DNA of 64,000 nt from Spirochaetota bacterium (GTDB taxonomy: Bacteria > Spirochaetota > UBA4802 > JAFGDQ01). The DNA lies in NCBI GenBank assembly GCA_043803405.1, contig JAZDKB010000015.1, positions 96,001 to 160,000 on the forward strand, in the 5' to 3' direction. The notes below the pieces were generated by a model. The model made no database searches. It saw only the letters and a program-made list of their open reading frames with translations, and was not told where the DNA came from. Below, in pieces: positions 1 to 14,587 of the stretch; positions within the stretch are counted from its first letter, which is position 1, and every line of letters begins with the position of its first letter. The translations under genes were made by a program, and so were the position numbers.

Positions 1-1583
1 ATTGCCAGCAAAGACAGTTTGGCCTTTAACCGCTGAACAACAATACCCATAACTAAAGCCAGCAGGAGTATTATAAATAGATTTACGGGCTTATTTATCT
101 TCACAATGAAAGACTCATTTAAAATCGTATTTACTATATTATGATATGTACCGACCATCCAATATTCGTTATTAATAGGGATAGCTCCGATATCCTGAGT
201 GCCTGTAGCGACAAGACCAGCCAGGCATACTTTATCCCTTAGATTCTCAACAGAATGAACAATATCTATACCCTTTAAATAATTTTCAAGTCCTTTCAAA
301 TATTCAAGCAGGTCGGCATTTTTGCCCTTTTTTAATTTTTCTTTAGTGCTTTCTATTTCCTTAACATAAACAGACTTGTAACCCTGCTCTATTTTACGTA
401 TTTTGTTATTGATCTCATCTATTCTCGACCTGGTATTTTTCTTATCTTTGAGATCCAGTTCGTCGAATTCATTATAAAGCTTTTCCAGTTCTCCGTAAAG
501 TTTGCTTCTTTCTTTTGACCCGGATAATATCTCCTGTTCATCAAAGAAGTCATCTATTTCTTTTTTTATACCTGGATATTCAAGCAAAGCATAAAAAGGA
601 ATGTGCTCAAAAGACTGCAGATACGGACCTTTCCCTGCCCAGTTGACAAACATCTTGCCTTCGTTATCAATAGGGATATATATATCTTTCTTTTCATAAG
701 TAATAGGATTCACGGCGTTCTTTAAAATTATGCTATCTCCGACATTAACAATTACATTTTCTTTTTCAACACCGCAAATATCCATCAGCATAACGAGCCC
801 AAGATCGAAATATATTCTTCCGTCGAAAAACCGTACCAGTCTTTTTTTTCTTGCAACACCGTCTGCATCAAACTCGCTATCTGTGAAACCGAACCTGTAT
901 GCGCTATAAATAATCTTGGGAATCGGAACAGCTATATCAATTATGCTCGTATCAGTTAAAGAGCTGTAATCTTTTAATTTATCCTTCGGTACCGGTAATG
1001 ATGCAATTGACCTGAATAACTCATGAGATTTCCTGATCTCTTCTCTTTCTTCTTCGCTTATATTATAATATTGAATTTTATCTTTCTGGAAATGATAAGG
1101 AATAATTGCTTTTCGGAAATTCTTAATCTCTTTTGCAAAAATATTGTCATTGTCTAAAACTATCCTGGACAGGTCATCTTTGCTTATTCTCGTTTTTTCG
1201 GATTTTACCCTAAGCCTGTTCAGTATATCCATATCAACCTGTTTTGGCGAAGGATCGGGAAATTCCATGTCAAACGTTACCTGTCTCGCGCCTACATTTT
1301 TTAAAATTGAAAGCGCATTTGCATAATAATATCTCGGCCATGGATACTTTCCTACATTGTTAATACTTTGGTCGTCAATGTCGATAAATTTCAGATAATT
1401 CCATTCTTTAATATTAGGCTTTAATTTAAATCTGATATCATATAACCTTAATTCGAATGTATTATATAAGTCAGTAAAGCTGAACAGCATAATAAAAACA
1501 AATGTTATACATGCTATAACAGCTCCGGAAAATCCTTTTTTTTCAATATAGTCCTGTAGCTTTTTAAGAATATTTATATACAT
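1..1583 (-). CDS. CHASE2-domain membrane sensor (probable adenylate/guanylate cyclase or similar), runs off the window start
   Basis: Not in ORF track; manual translation from ATG 1583: MYINILKKLQ, TM segment, then IDIDDQSINNVGKYPWPRYYYA...GARQVTFDMEF, later DADGVARK and hydrophobic helices near position 1. Output domain lies outside the window. Confidence 0.8.
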   Translation of the reverse strand, partial: MYINILKKLQDYIEKKGFSGAVIACITFVFIMLFSFTDLYNTFELRLYDIRFKLKPNIKEWNYLKFIDIDDQSINNVGKYPWPRYYYANALSILKNVGARQVTFDMEFPDPSPKQVDMDILNRLRVKSEKTRISKDDLSRIVLDNDNIFAKEIKNFRKAIIPYHFQKDKIQYYNISEEEREEIRKSHELFRSIASLPVPKDKLKDYSSLTDTSIIDIAVPIPKIIYSAYRFGFTDSEFDADGVARKKRLVRFFDGRIYFDLGLVMLMDICGVEKENVIVNVGDSIILKNAVNPITYEKKDIYIPIDNEGKMFVNWAGKGPYLQSFEHIPFYALLEYPGIKKEIDDFFDEQEILSGSKERSKLYGELEKLYNEFDELDLKDKKNTRSRIDEINNKIRKIEQGYKSVYVKEIESTKEKLKKGKNADLLEYLKGLENYLKGIDIVHSVENLRDKVCLAGLVATGTQDIGAIPINNEYWMVGTYHNIVNTILNESFIVKINKPVNLFIILLLALVMGIVVQRLKAKLSLLA

Positions 1584-1842
1584 TTGAATTTCCTTTTACT
1601 TAATATTAATAATATTGAGCAAATATGTTTCTGTTTGTTTATCACAACTATTAAACTGCTCTGCTTTTTATTTAAACATTAATGCCATATACGATTTTTT
1701 CGTTTAATGTAAACTTAATAATATTTATAATTAGTCTCACGTCGTGTTAGACATTAATATTATGCGCTGTTTCCTTTATAATCTGAAAAAAAAAACGATC
1801 TTAGAGGAATTTAATATTTCCTTAAAAAACTCATACATTTCG

Positions 1843-2928
1843 TTAAACATTAAAAAGATAATGAATAATATCGCCGTCCTTTACTAAGTAGGTTTTTCCT
1901 TCGGAACGCAACCTGCCGCTCTCTCTTATTTTATGTTCTGAACCGGCAGCTTTTAAATCTTCATAATGGCAAACCTCGGCGCGGATAAGTCCCCTTGCAA
2001 AATCCGTGTGGATCTTTCCGGCTGCAGCAAGCGCGTTAGTGCCTTCTTTAACTGTCCATGCCTGCAAATCTGTTGCTGCAGTATAGTATGTGATCAATCT
2101 AAGCAGTTTATATGAAACCTCTATAAGCCTGACAAGACCGGACTCAGTTAATCCCATTGCACTTAGATATTCCTGTCTTTCATCTTTTGACAATTCGGAA
2201 ATTTCTTCTTCAAGTTTACCTGCAAGTGGCATAAACTCTGAATTAATCTTTACAGCATGAGCTTTAACATCCTTAACTGCATTGCTTTCAAAATTTTCTT
2301 CATCCGTATTAGCCAGATATAAAACCGGTTTTGCTGTAATTAATCCATATTCTATGATTATTTCAATCTCATTTTTATCAAACTCAAAGGCGTTTAATAG
2401 TTTCCCTTCGTTTAAATGCTGAATAAATTTTTTCATTATTTCGACTCTTGCCTGGGCACTATTATCGCCGGACGCGGCTAACTTTGAGATTTTCTCTTTT
2501 GCTCTTTCCAATACAGCCATATCCGCAAGACAAAGCTCTGTGTTAATTATTTCAATATCGCGTATCGGATCTATATCACCTGCAACATGAATAACATCTT
2601 CTGATTTGAAACACCTTACGCAGTGGATCAACGCATCAACATTCCGAATATTATCTAAAAATTTATTACCCAGACCTTCGCCTTTTGAAGCTCCTTTTAC
2701 TAATCCGGCAACATCAATAAATTCGATTTTTGTGGGAATAGGATTTTCTTTTTTTAAAATTTTGGCAATATCTGATAATCTTTCATCAGGTACAATAACA
2801 ATGCCTTTGTTGGGTTCAATAGTACAGAAAGGATAATTTGCCATCTGGGCACCTGCCCCGGATAATGCGTTAAATATTGTTGATTTCCCAACATTAGGAA
2901 GACCGATTATTCCGCAGTTAAAGCCCAT
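1843..2928 (-). CDS. ychF: Redox-regulated ATPase YchF (Obg family)
   Basis: GIIGLPNVGKST, NYPFCTIEPN, DVAGLVKGASKGEGLGNKFL, C-terminal EGKTYLVKDGD; ATG at 2928 preferred. Confidence 0.95.
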   Translation of the reverse strand: MGFNCGIIGLPNVGKSTIFNALSGAGAQMANYPFCTIEPNKGIVIVPDERLSDIAKILKKENPIPTKIEFIDVAGLVKGASKGEGLGNKFLDNIRNVDALIHCVRCFKSEDVIHVAGDIDPIRDIEIINTELCLADMAVLERAKEKISKLAASGDNSAQARVEIMKKFIQHLNEGKLLNAFEFDKNEIEIIIEYGLITAKPVLYLANTDEENFESNAVKDVKAHAVKINSEFMPLAGKLEEEISELSKDERQEYLSAMGLTESGLVRLIEVSYKLLRLITYYTAATDLQAWTVKEGTNALAAAGKIHTDFARGLIRAEVCHYEDLKAAGSEHKIRESGRLRSEGKTYLVKDGDIIHYLFNV

Positions 2929-3046
2929 TGTTTTATCCAAAAATAATAAACTCGATAATTAATTATCGAAACAATTTTGTTAGTCTATTAAAATTATTCT
3001 TCTATATTATTTTTCGTACTATTTATCTTGGTTTGCAAGCAATTTA

Positions 3047-3138
3047 TTAAACACAGATGAACACGGATAAATATAGATAAAAAATATATAATTCTTTTAA
3101 TTTTTAATCCGTGTTTATCTGTGTTCATCCGTGATTAA
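3047..3138. repeat. REP/MITE-like inverted repeat built from 10-nt units (ACACRGATRA)
   Basis: 34-nt arms at 3047-3080 and 3105-3138 are reverse complements at 27/34 positions; each arm is TTAA plus three 10-nt units. Confidence 0.75.
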
Positions 3139-3154
3139 TTTTTTATAATTAATT

Positions 3155-3191
3155 AAAAAAGCCCGAGCCGGTTACCCGGTTCGGGCTTTTT
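3155..3191 (-). terminator. Intrinsic terminator of the rRNA operon (potentially bidirectional)
   Basis: A6-GCCCGAGCCGG-loop-CCGGTTCGGGC-T5, a few nt beyond the 23S 3' end. Confidence 0.9.
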
Positions 3192-3197
3192 ATAATA

Positions 3198-6204
<3,007 letters not shown>

Positions 6205-6330
6205 ATATTATTTGGCCTGTTGTTACCAACAAGCATGACGCTCGATAATTCTTGTATTTTGCAACGTTTGTTCTAGATTTAGACTGTTTTAAAAGATCTA
6301 TGCGTAATACTGAATTTCAGTATTCGCATT

Positions 6331-6403
6331 TGGAGGTGAACGGGATCGAACCGTCGACCTACTGCGTGCAAGGCAGTCGCTCTCCCAGCTGAGCTACACC
6401 CCC
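6331..6403 (-). tRNA. tRNA-Ala(TGC), CCA not encoded
   Basis: GGGGGTGTAGCTCAGCTGGGAGAGC, TGC anticodon, GGTTCGATCC T-loop, CACCTCCA end. Confidence 0.98.
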
Positions 6404-6430
6404 TCTATTCAAGAAATTAATCTTAAATAT

Positions 6431-6504
6431 TGGGCCTGAGTGGAGTCGAACCACCGACCTCGTCCTTATCAGGGACGCGCTCTAACCAGCTGAGCTACAG
6501 GCCC
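6431..6504 (-). tRNA. tRNA-Ile(GAT), CCA not encoded
   Basis: GGGCCTGTAGCTCAGCTGGTTAGAGC, CTGATAA anticodon loop, GGTTCGACTCC, CAGGCCCA end. Confidence 0.98.
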
Positions 6505-6653
6505 TTTCTCGGATTAAAAAATTTTTAACATTAAAATTGAATCCGGCCTATAGCGCACCTATTTTCTGTTTAGAATTTTTTAGGGTCAAAGGTTTTCTCA
6601 AAACTAAGCAGTATTATTTGTTGAAAGATTCCATAGTTTTTGAAGCTCCTTTT

Positions 6654-8205
<1,552 letters not shown>

Positions 8206-8400
8206 GAATTTTTGATTTCTTAGTAAAAATTGACAAAAAAATGTTCGCGTACAGAACCATTCAAATTTAATACTGCTTAGTTTTCAAAAAACTTTGACAT
8301 GAGGACAAAAAAATCCCCCGTCCATCCTTTCTGGGAATCTAAATAAAAATTAAAGTCTTAATTTCAAATTAAGAACTAATATTTATTGATTTACGTCCCT

Positions 8401-8429
8401 AAGATATCAATGGTGGTATAAATCGTCAA
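8401..8429 (-). promoter_or_regulatory. Sigma70-type rRNA promoter
   Basis: TTGACG-17 bp-TATCTT with TGn extension and an A-rich UP-like tract, about 200 nt upstream of 16S. Confidence 0.75.
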
Positions 8430-8645
8430 CAGATTTTTATTTTTTTTATTATTTTTATCTGTTTGTTTAACAATCACTAAAATATTCTTAATAAGCTATC
8501 GGCTTATTATAATTTTTAATTTATATATTTTAAAATAACTTGTTAAACTGATTATCACAACCGACTTTCAGTGCTTATTTGTAAAAACAATCACTGAATG
8601 ATTGTGACAATAGATAGATATTACTTATTTTTTGCAACAACTTTA

Positions 8646-9692
8646 TTAAAATAATTTAAAAAATTCTACAATATATAAATTTATAATATCTTTATTGTTT
8701 AAAATGATTATATTCTCGTCATTTTTCTCGTTTGCGTTCCTGGAAAAATTATAAGATCCTGTGATTAATAATTTTTTATCTATTATAATCACTTTATGAT
8801 GCATTCTATATTTATTTTTATCAAGTTTAACATTAATACCTTCAAGTTGCAGTTTTATATATTCCGAATCCCTGGTATTTGAGCCAATTTTTTCAATAAT
8901 ACCGCTGACTTTTATGCCACTCTTTTTTAAAGCAATCATTGCATCTGCTATTTTATCGCTCGTAAATGAAAATGCCATAAAATATACTGATTCCTTTGCT
9001 TTTTTTAATCTTTCAAGTATTATTCTTTCTATATTATCATCCGGAGAAAAATAAACATTAATATCAGTATGATTAATTTTTACATAATATTTATTTCGAA
9101 AAGAAGGGAAAACCCCATATTCCCTTTTATTGCCGAATATTTTATTCACGAACATTTCATTAAATTCATTCAAATAAATATTCGCAACATCGGGTGAATT
9201 AATTTCAATTGCATTATTATTATTTTTATATTCATCGTTATATGTCAAATTATATGATCCGGTCCAGACAATTCTTCCGTCAATTACTGCAAATTTATTA
9301 TGCATCAGCCCCTTTTTTCTGTCTGTTACAATTTCAATTCCAGCACTCACAAGCTCTTTTATTTCTTTTTTTCTATAATTATCTTTTTCAATGACCAGTT
9401 TTACGTCTATGCCTTTTTTATGCGCGATCAGAAGTTCATCAATAATAGGCTTTGAATTAATGTCAAAAAATGCTCCATAAAAACTTTTCCTTGCATTCTT
9501 GATATTTCGTATAAACGCTCTTTCAGGAGTTTCTGATTTTAAAGATGCATTTGTTTTTTTTTCAGGTGATGTAAAATATACATTCCACCAGTTTTCGCTG
9601 AATGCTGTTTTCAAAGAAAACATCCAGAATATGAAAAAAATAAAGCTCAATATTCTGTAAGTATACTTTTTGAAAATTATATATTTATTCAT
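8646..9692 (-). CDS. Phospholipase D / PLD-like nuclease family protein, exported
   Basis: Two HKD motifs (MHNKFAVIDG...GSYN; MHHKVIIIDK...GSYN); N-terminal hydrophobic segment. Confidence 0.9.
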   Translation of the reverse strand: MNKYIIFKKYTYRILSFIFFIFWMFSLKTAFSENWWNVYFTSPEKKTNASLKSETPERAFIRNIKNARKSFYGAFFDINSKPIIDELLIAHKKGIDVKLVIEKDNYRKKEIKELVSAGIEIVTDRKKGLMHNKFAVIDGRIVWTGSYNLTYNDEYKNNNNAIEINSPDVANIYLNEFNEMFVNKIFGNKREYGVFPSFRNKYYVKINHTDINVYFSPDDNIERIILERLKKAKESVYFMAFSFTSDKIADAMIALKKSGIKVSGIIEKIGSNTRDSEYIKLQLEGINVKLDKNKYRMHHKVIIIDKKLLITGSYNFSRNANEKNDENIIILNNKDIINLYIVEFFKLF

Positions 9693-9729
9693 AATATTAT
9701 GCGGGAATTCATGAATTATAAATTTTATT

Positions 9730-10686
9730 TTAAGAATGGAGTTTATCTTTCATTTCAAAAAGCAGGTTTTCATATTCCGTCAGCATTAATAGCTCTTCCT
9801 GTTTGCTAAACAATAATTTTACTTTTGCCAAAAGAGTGCTGTAAGACGAGACTTTATGGATGTCATTAATTTCAGTGATAAGTCTCCTGATTTCATTGTC
9901 ATTTTTATTAAGTAAATTAATATAAAATCTGAAGGCATCTGCCTGCGCTTCAAGTTTAGGTCGGGCTTTTTCAATCTCATCATCCGGTTCTTTCGCATTA
10001 AGCATTGTTTCAATGTAACGAAGCATGTATTCGGCTTCGAGAGAAGAAATATCAAAATCAAGAAGTATTTGATTAACGTTGGATAAGGCTAATCTTTTAA
10101 GATGAATTTTAGCTAAAAATACGGGATTATTTGACATAATATTAAGATTTTTATCAACCGAAGTAATATCGCTGACTCCTTTATCCTTTTCTTCCTCGTT
10201 TTCCAAAGTTTCATTATCTATACCTGTTTGTATGATTATTACAGATGGGCATCTGTTTTTTATTACTACTATTTCATTTTTTGACACACTCTTATCCAGC
10301 ACTATATAATTAAATGCTATACCGCTTTCAATATCATGCACAAGATTATATATATTGGAAATTTTTAAAACTCTTATAGGTATAAGATCAAGGATATCAT
10401 CATTCTTTAAAAATAAATATTTTCTTTTTTTATAAGGAATATCTTCATAAGGAATTACAATTTCCCCATTTCTTATTTTATAAAAAATGAGTTCGGTATC
10501 GGATTTTAATACAGGATCGAGGTATTTTCCGAAAAAAGCAATAACCGGTACTTTGTGCAAAACATTTCCACCGGTCTCATTTGTATAAATTACACTGCCG
10601 CTTTTGTCAAAAGCTGTATATTCCCAGCTCTTCAATATAACTTTAATAGTAATACCGGATGGTGTTTTTTCTTCGATATAATCCAT
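9730..10686 (-). CDS. Hypothetical protein
   Basis: 318-aa ORF with SD-like AGGA; no motif recognised. Confidence 0.7.
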   Translation of the reverse strand: MDYIEEKTPSGITIKVILKSWEYTAFDKSGSVIYTNETGGNVLHKVPVIAFFGKYLDPVLKSDTELIFYKIRNGEIVIPYEDIPYKKRKYLFLKNDDILDLIPIRVLKISNIYNLVHDIESGIAFNYIVLDKSVSKNEIVVIKNRCPSVIIIQTGIDNETLENEEEKDKGVSDITSVDKNLNIMSNNPVFLAKIHLKRLALSNVNQILLDFDISSLEAEYMLRYIETMLNAKEPDDEIEKARPKLEAQADAFRFYINLLNKNDNEIRRLITEINDIHKVSSYSTLLAKVKLLFSKQEELLMLTEYENLLFEMKDKLHS

Positions 10687-10987
10687 GATTCCTGTTTAAA
10701 CGAAAGAGTTCTTTTTTGTATAAAAATTATAACGATAAAATATTATAAAATCCAACAAATTTTGTAATTATTAAAAATAATTTTTATCTTAAAAATCAAT
10801 CCTTTTTTAATTAAAATTCAAAGATTATAACCTATACTACATAATAAGTTTAAAATATTTACTGCTTAATCAAGCCTGTCATTATCTTAAAATAAAATAT
10901 TTGACAATAGCTAGTCATGATGAAATGAAAAACAATTACCTCTATTTATATAATTATGAAAACAATTCCAGTAGTTGTGCGGAGATA

Positions 10988-13864
10988 ATGATGATAAATA
11001 TCAGCCAAAAAAAACTGTATAAAGGAATTATTTATAATTCTTCCGGAGAACTTGACGCTGAACACTCTATTAATAATATTTTGAGCGAAAATGGTTTCTG
11101 GTGCTCAAAAAAAAGCAATAGTATCCAGCAGGATTTTTTTATAATAGATTATAAAGAAGAATTGCCGGTAAACCGCATTGAAATATTCACTTCTACTTCA
11201 GGAAAGACAACTTTCCCGGTAGATTTTCGCATCGAATTCAGTGTTGACGGAATAGGCTGGAGAAATCTCCAGACAGAAAAATCCTTTAATCTAGGCGATT
11301 TAAATGTCTATACTCTAAATATTCCTTTGACTTTGTTAAGGTTTATTAAAATTATTATTACAAAGCCCGGAAAAGTCGGTACAAAATTTTTCAGTGAGAT
11401 AGGTAAGGTGTCGGCAGGGATTGCCGGAATAGCAGAAGCCGGCGCCAGCAGCAGCTCATCATATAAAAACGATATTTATAAACTTTTTGACGGCAATACG
11501 GATTCTTACTGGGAATCAAAAGCTGAGCAAAAAAAAGGCAAAGAAGATATTCATATCGACCTTGGAAATATTTTTCAGATTAACCGCATATCCTTTTCGT
11601 CAATTAATTCACAGGAACATGCTTTCCCCGAAAATTTTATTATAAGAATAAGCAAAGATAATGAACTTTGGACTGCCCTTTTCGATGAAAGGAATTTTGT
11701 TGCTGAGGCATCAAAAAAATATTACTGGGATATAAATCCGATCGAATGCCGCTTTATCCATATAAATATGGATAATATTAAAATAAATAAAAATTTATAT
11801 ATTCTGCGACTCTCCGAAATAGAAATTTTTGGTGTCGTAATAGATTTAACTCATAGCCACAACATCGGAGAGCTGGTATCCAATGCTTCAATTTTTCAAT
11901 ATGGCCTTGTTAAACTTGCAAAAAGCGGCGAAGAAGCCATAGGAGCAGTTGTTCAAAGTAATGATTCAAGGTTAAAAGACGCAACTACTCTTAATAAAGG
12001 TATTATTCAATTAGCGGATGATGGTGAAGATAAGCCCTTTGTTGCCGTACAGGCTTCCGATTCCAGGCTTAAAAATGCGACTGAATTAAAATATGGCATT
12101 GTAAGGCTGGCAAAAGACAGGGAAGACAATCCTGACGTTGTCGTCAAAGGAAACGATTCACGACTTCAGAAAGCTACAGAAACCAATTTCGGCATTGTTA
12201 AAATATGCAGTGATGGAGAATATTCTGAATTTGGAGTAATACTGGGCAACGACTCCAGAATTCGCAAAGCGAGTTCCGAGTCTTTCGGGATAGTTCGACT
12301 TGCAAATAATGAAGAAGTTAATCCATATTGTGTCGTTCAGGCTAATGACAACCGGCTTCGGAATGCTGCTACAAATCATAAAGGCATCGTTGAGCTTGCC
12401 GAGAACGGCGAAGACAAGGAAGGCGTTGCTGTTCAGGGCTCTGATAAGCGCCTTAAAGATGCTACGACTGTCTCCAAGGGCATTGTTGAGCTTGCGGAAA
12501 ACGGCGAAGACAAGGAAGGCGTTTCTGTTCAGGGCTCTGATAAACGTCTTAAAGATGCTACAACTGTTTCCAAGGGCATCGTTGAGCTTGCCGAGAACGG
12601 CGAAGACAAGGAGGGCGTTGCTGTTCAGGGCTCTGATAAGCGTCTTAAAGATGCTACGACTGTATCAAAAGGCATCGTTGAGCTTGCCGAGAACGGCGAA
12701 GACAAGGAGGGCGTTGCTGTTCAGGGTTCTGATAAGCGTCTTAAAGATGCTACGACTGTTTCCAAGGGCATTGTTGAGCTTGCTGAGAACGGCGAAGACA
12801 AGGAGGGCGTTGCTGTTCAGGGCTCTGATAGCAGACTTAAAAAAGCGTCCGAAAATGCCTTCGGCATCGTTTTACTTGCCAAGAACAGGGAAATGAAAAA
12901 GCATTCTGTTGTGCAATCAGATGATGACAGATTAAATGATGCCAGGATGCCTCTGCCTCACGATCACAATTACGCGCCTGTTAAACATGAATATAATACT
13001 CATACCGGCACAATTAAGATAGTTGACAATAAAGAAGAATATATAAACGGAATTGTTCCTCCTTCCGATCGTTCTGCAGTTATATATGCTAAAAATGAAT
13101 CCGGCCAACCGGGAGCAATAGGAATTACTGGGATCAGCTATCCGCAAAGCGAAAAAGTGATGCATTCCTACGGCATTCTCGGACATGGCAGATTTGCCGG
13201 TGTTCGGGGTCAATCCAATGGAAGCAAAGAAAGCGAAATTAAAGGCGCAGGTGTGATCGGCATTTCCAGGTTTGGAGCAGGCGGGGTATTTGCAAGCGAA
13301 CACAATTATTCTCTTGTTGCGGACGGCTATGGCACTATTTCCGGATATGATAATACGATAGAACTAAAGGGCAATGGAGATGCATTATTTGTAAATGGTA
13401 ATTCTATTTTTAGCGGCAAGCTTGCAATTAATAACAAAAGTAAAGAAAAAGATTATCCTTCTAATATAGTTGAGATGTTCGAAGTGGATGAGGAACAAAT
13501 TATACTTGCCGGGGATATGCTTGTAATTAGTGAAAACGGAAAATCAATATTAACAAGGTCTACTACAAAATATTGCAAGCAGGTAATCGGAATCGTATCA
13601 GGAAATCCGACTATTATTCTTAATAACAGTTTTACTGAAAAAAAGCTTTATCCGGTTGTCCTGGCAGGTAAAGCCTTGTGCAGGGTCGACGCCCGCGAAA
13701 GATCGATTAAAGCCGGTGATCTTATAGTTACTTCCGATACACCCGGCTGCGGAATGGTAGGAGATATAGATTCGTTTAATAAAATCGGAACTGTTATCGG
13801 AAAGGCGCTTGACGGACTGGATAAGGGGATCGGCATAATTCCCGTATTTGTCGCCCATCAATAG
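10988..13864 (+). CDS. Discoidin (F5/8 type C) x2 + tail-fibre-like repeats + C-terminal peptidase-G2/IMC-like domain protein
   Basis: FPVDFRIEFSVDGIGW and LFDGNTDSYWES..IDLG discoidin signatures; 11 x 32-aa ATxxxxGIVxLA repeats; C-terminal GDLIVTSDTPG..M...GTVIGKAL; GGAG precedes ATG 10988 (track start 10901). Confidence 0.8.
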   Translation: MMINISQKKLYKGIIYNSSGELDAEHSINNILSENGFWCSKKSNSIQQDFFIIDYKEELPVNRIEIFTSTSGKTTFPVDFRIEFSVDGIGWRNLQTEKSFNLGDLNVYTLNIPLTLLRFIKIIITKPGKVGTKFFSEIGKVSAGIAGIAEAGASSSSSYKNDIYKLFDGNTDSYWESKAEQKKGKEDIHIDLGNIFQINRISFSSINSQEHAFPENFIIRISKDNELWTALFDERNFVAEASKKYYWDINPIECRFIHINMDNIKINKNLYILRLSEIEIFGVVIDLTHSHNIGELVSNASIFQYGLVKLAKSGEEAIGAVVQSNDSRLKDATTLNKGIIQLADDGEDKPFVAVQASDSRLKNATELKYGIVRLAKDREDNPDVVVKGNDSRLQKATETNFGIVKICSDGEYSEFGVILGNDSRIRKASSESFGIVRLANNEEVNPYCVVQANDNRLRNAATNHKGIVELAENGEDKEGVAVQGSDKRLKDATTVSKGIVELAENGEDKEGVSVQGSDKRLKDATTVSKGIVELAENGEDKEGVAVQGSDKRLKDATTVSKGIVELAENGEDKEGVAVQGSDKRLKDATTVSKGIVELAENGEDKEGVAVQGSDSRLKKASENAFGIVLLAKNREMKKHSVVQSDDDRLNDARMPLPHDHNYAPVKHEYNTHTGTIKIVDNKEEYINGIVPPSDRSAVIYAKNESGQPGAIGITGISYPQSEKVMHSYGILGHGRFAGVRGQSNGSKESEIKGAGVIGISRFGAGGVFASEHNYSLVADGYGTISGYDNTIELKGNGDALFVNGNSIFSGKLAINNKSKEKDYPSNIVEMFEVDEEQIILAGDMLVISENGKSILTRSTTKYCKQVIGIVSGNPTIILNNSFTEKKLYPVVLAGKALCRVDARERSIKAGDLIVTSDTPGCGMVGDIDSFNKIGTVIGKALDGLDKGIGIIPVFVAHQ
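11885..12940 (+). repeat. Intragenic 96-bp tandem repeat, 11 units; five near-identical at about 12365-12844
   Basis: GGCATYGTTGAGCTTGC recurs at exact 96-bp spacing. Confidence 0.95.
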
Positions 13865-13918
13865 TTAAAATACCCTCACTTTTTCCAGTTATTTTGCAGT
13901 TTAAATGGAACTAAATGC

Positions 13919-14554
13919 TTATAAAGATAATCTTTTCAGAATCTCGATTTCCTTAATATTAAATATAAATTTTTGATAATTATTTACTTCCTTCACTATT
14001 TCTTTGGAAAGATAATTTATTTTCATGCAATATGGCTTTTTTAAATAGTCATCTACCCACATTATAATTGTTGTTGTAGCGGAAGTCCATACAATAGCGC
14101 CTTTATTGTCTTTTATATCTTCCCCTGTAGAAGGTCCGTATTTTTCTTCTATTTTCTTTTTAACTTCATCTTTTGTTAAATACGGAAATCGGATAGAAAC
14201 ATAAAACAGTTTACTATCAGCTGTCTTGTTTTCTGTTTCGCCTGTTTTTACAGCTGCGCCCGTTTCTTTACTTTTATTATCAGGATTCTCAACGTTTGCT
14301 GCAGGATTCTTTAGCGGTTCCGGCGATGCAGTTTCGCCTGATTTATAGAAAAAACCGTAAAGATATTCTATATCTCCATCCCGCGAGATAACTACTTTCT
14401 TTTCATCAGTGTATGTAATCTTACCTATAATTCCTGATTTAATATCATTTATGGAACTTCCCCATTTTATGTTTCCAAAACCGTCTATATTACCCTGTGA
14501 ATAAATAGAAGAACCGGTAAAAATTATTGCGATAATAATAAATAATTTTTTCAT
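13919..14554 (-). CDS. Secreted hypothetical protein
   Basis: Signal peptide MKKLFIIIAIIFTGSSIYS followed by GFGNIKWG. Confidence 0.75.
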   Translation of the reverse strand: MKKLFIIIAIIFTGSSIYSQGNIDGFGNIKWGSSINDIKSGIIGKITYTDEKKVVISRDGDIEYLYGFFYKSGETASPEPLKNPAANVENPDNKSKETGAAVKTGETENKTADSKLFYVSIRFPYLTKDEVKKKIEEKYGPSTGEDIKDNKGAIVWTSATTTIIMWVDDYLKKPYCMKINYLSKEIVKEVNNYQKFIFNIKEIEILKRLSL

Positions 14555-14587
14555 AATAAATCCTATTAATTATCTAACTTTTTAATA

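Noticed and set aside
1720..1790. Small hairpin upstream of the CHASE2 gene as a riboswitch
   Set aside because: No recognisable c-di-GMP or other aptamer consensus
12300..12896. 198-aa alternative-frame ORF
   Set aside because: By-product of the 96-bp repeat lacking stops in that frame
10901..13864. Prophage
   Set aside because: No capsid, terminase, integrase or other tail genes nearby
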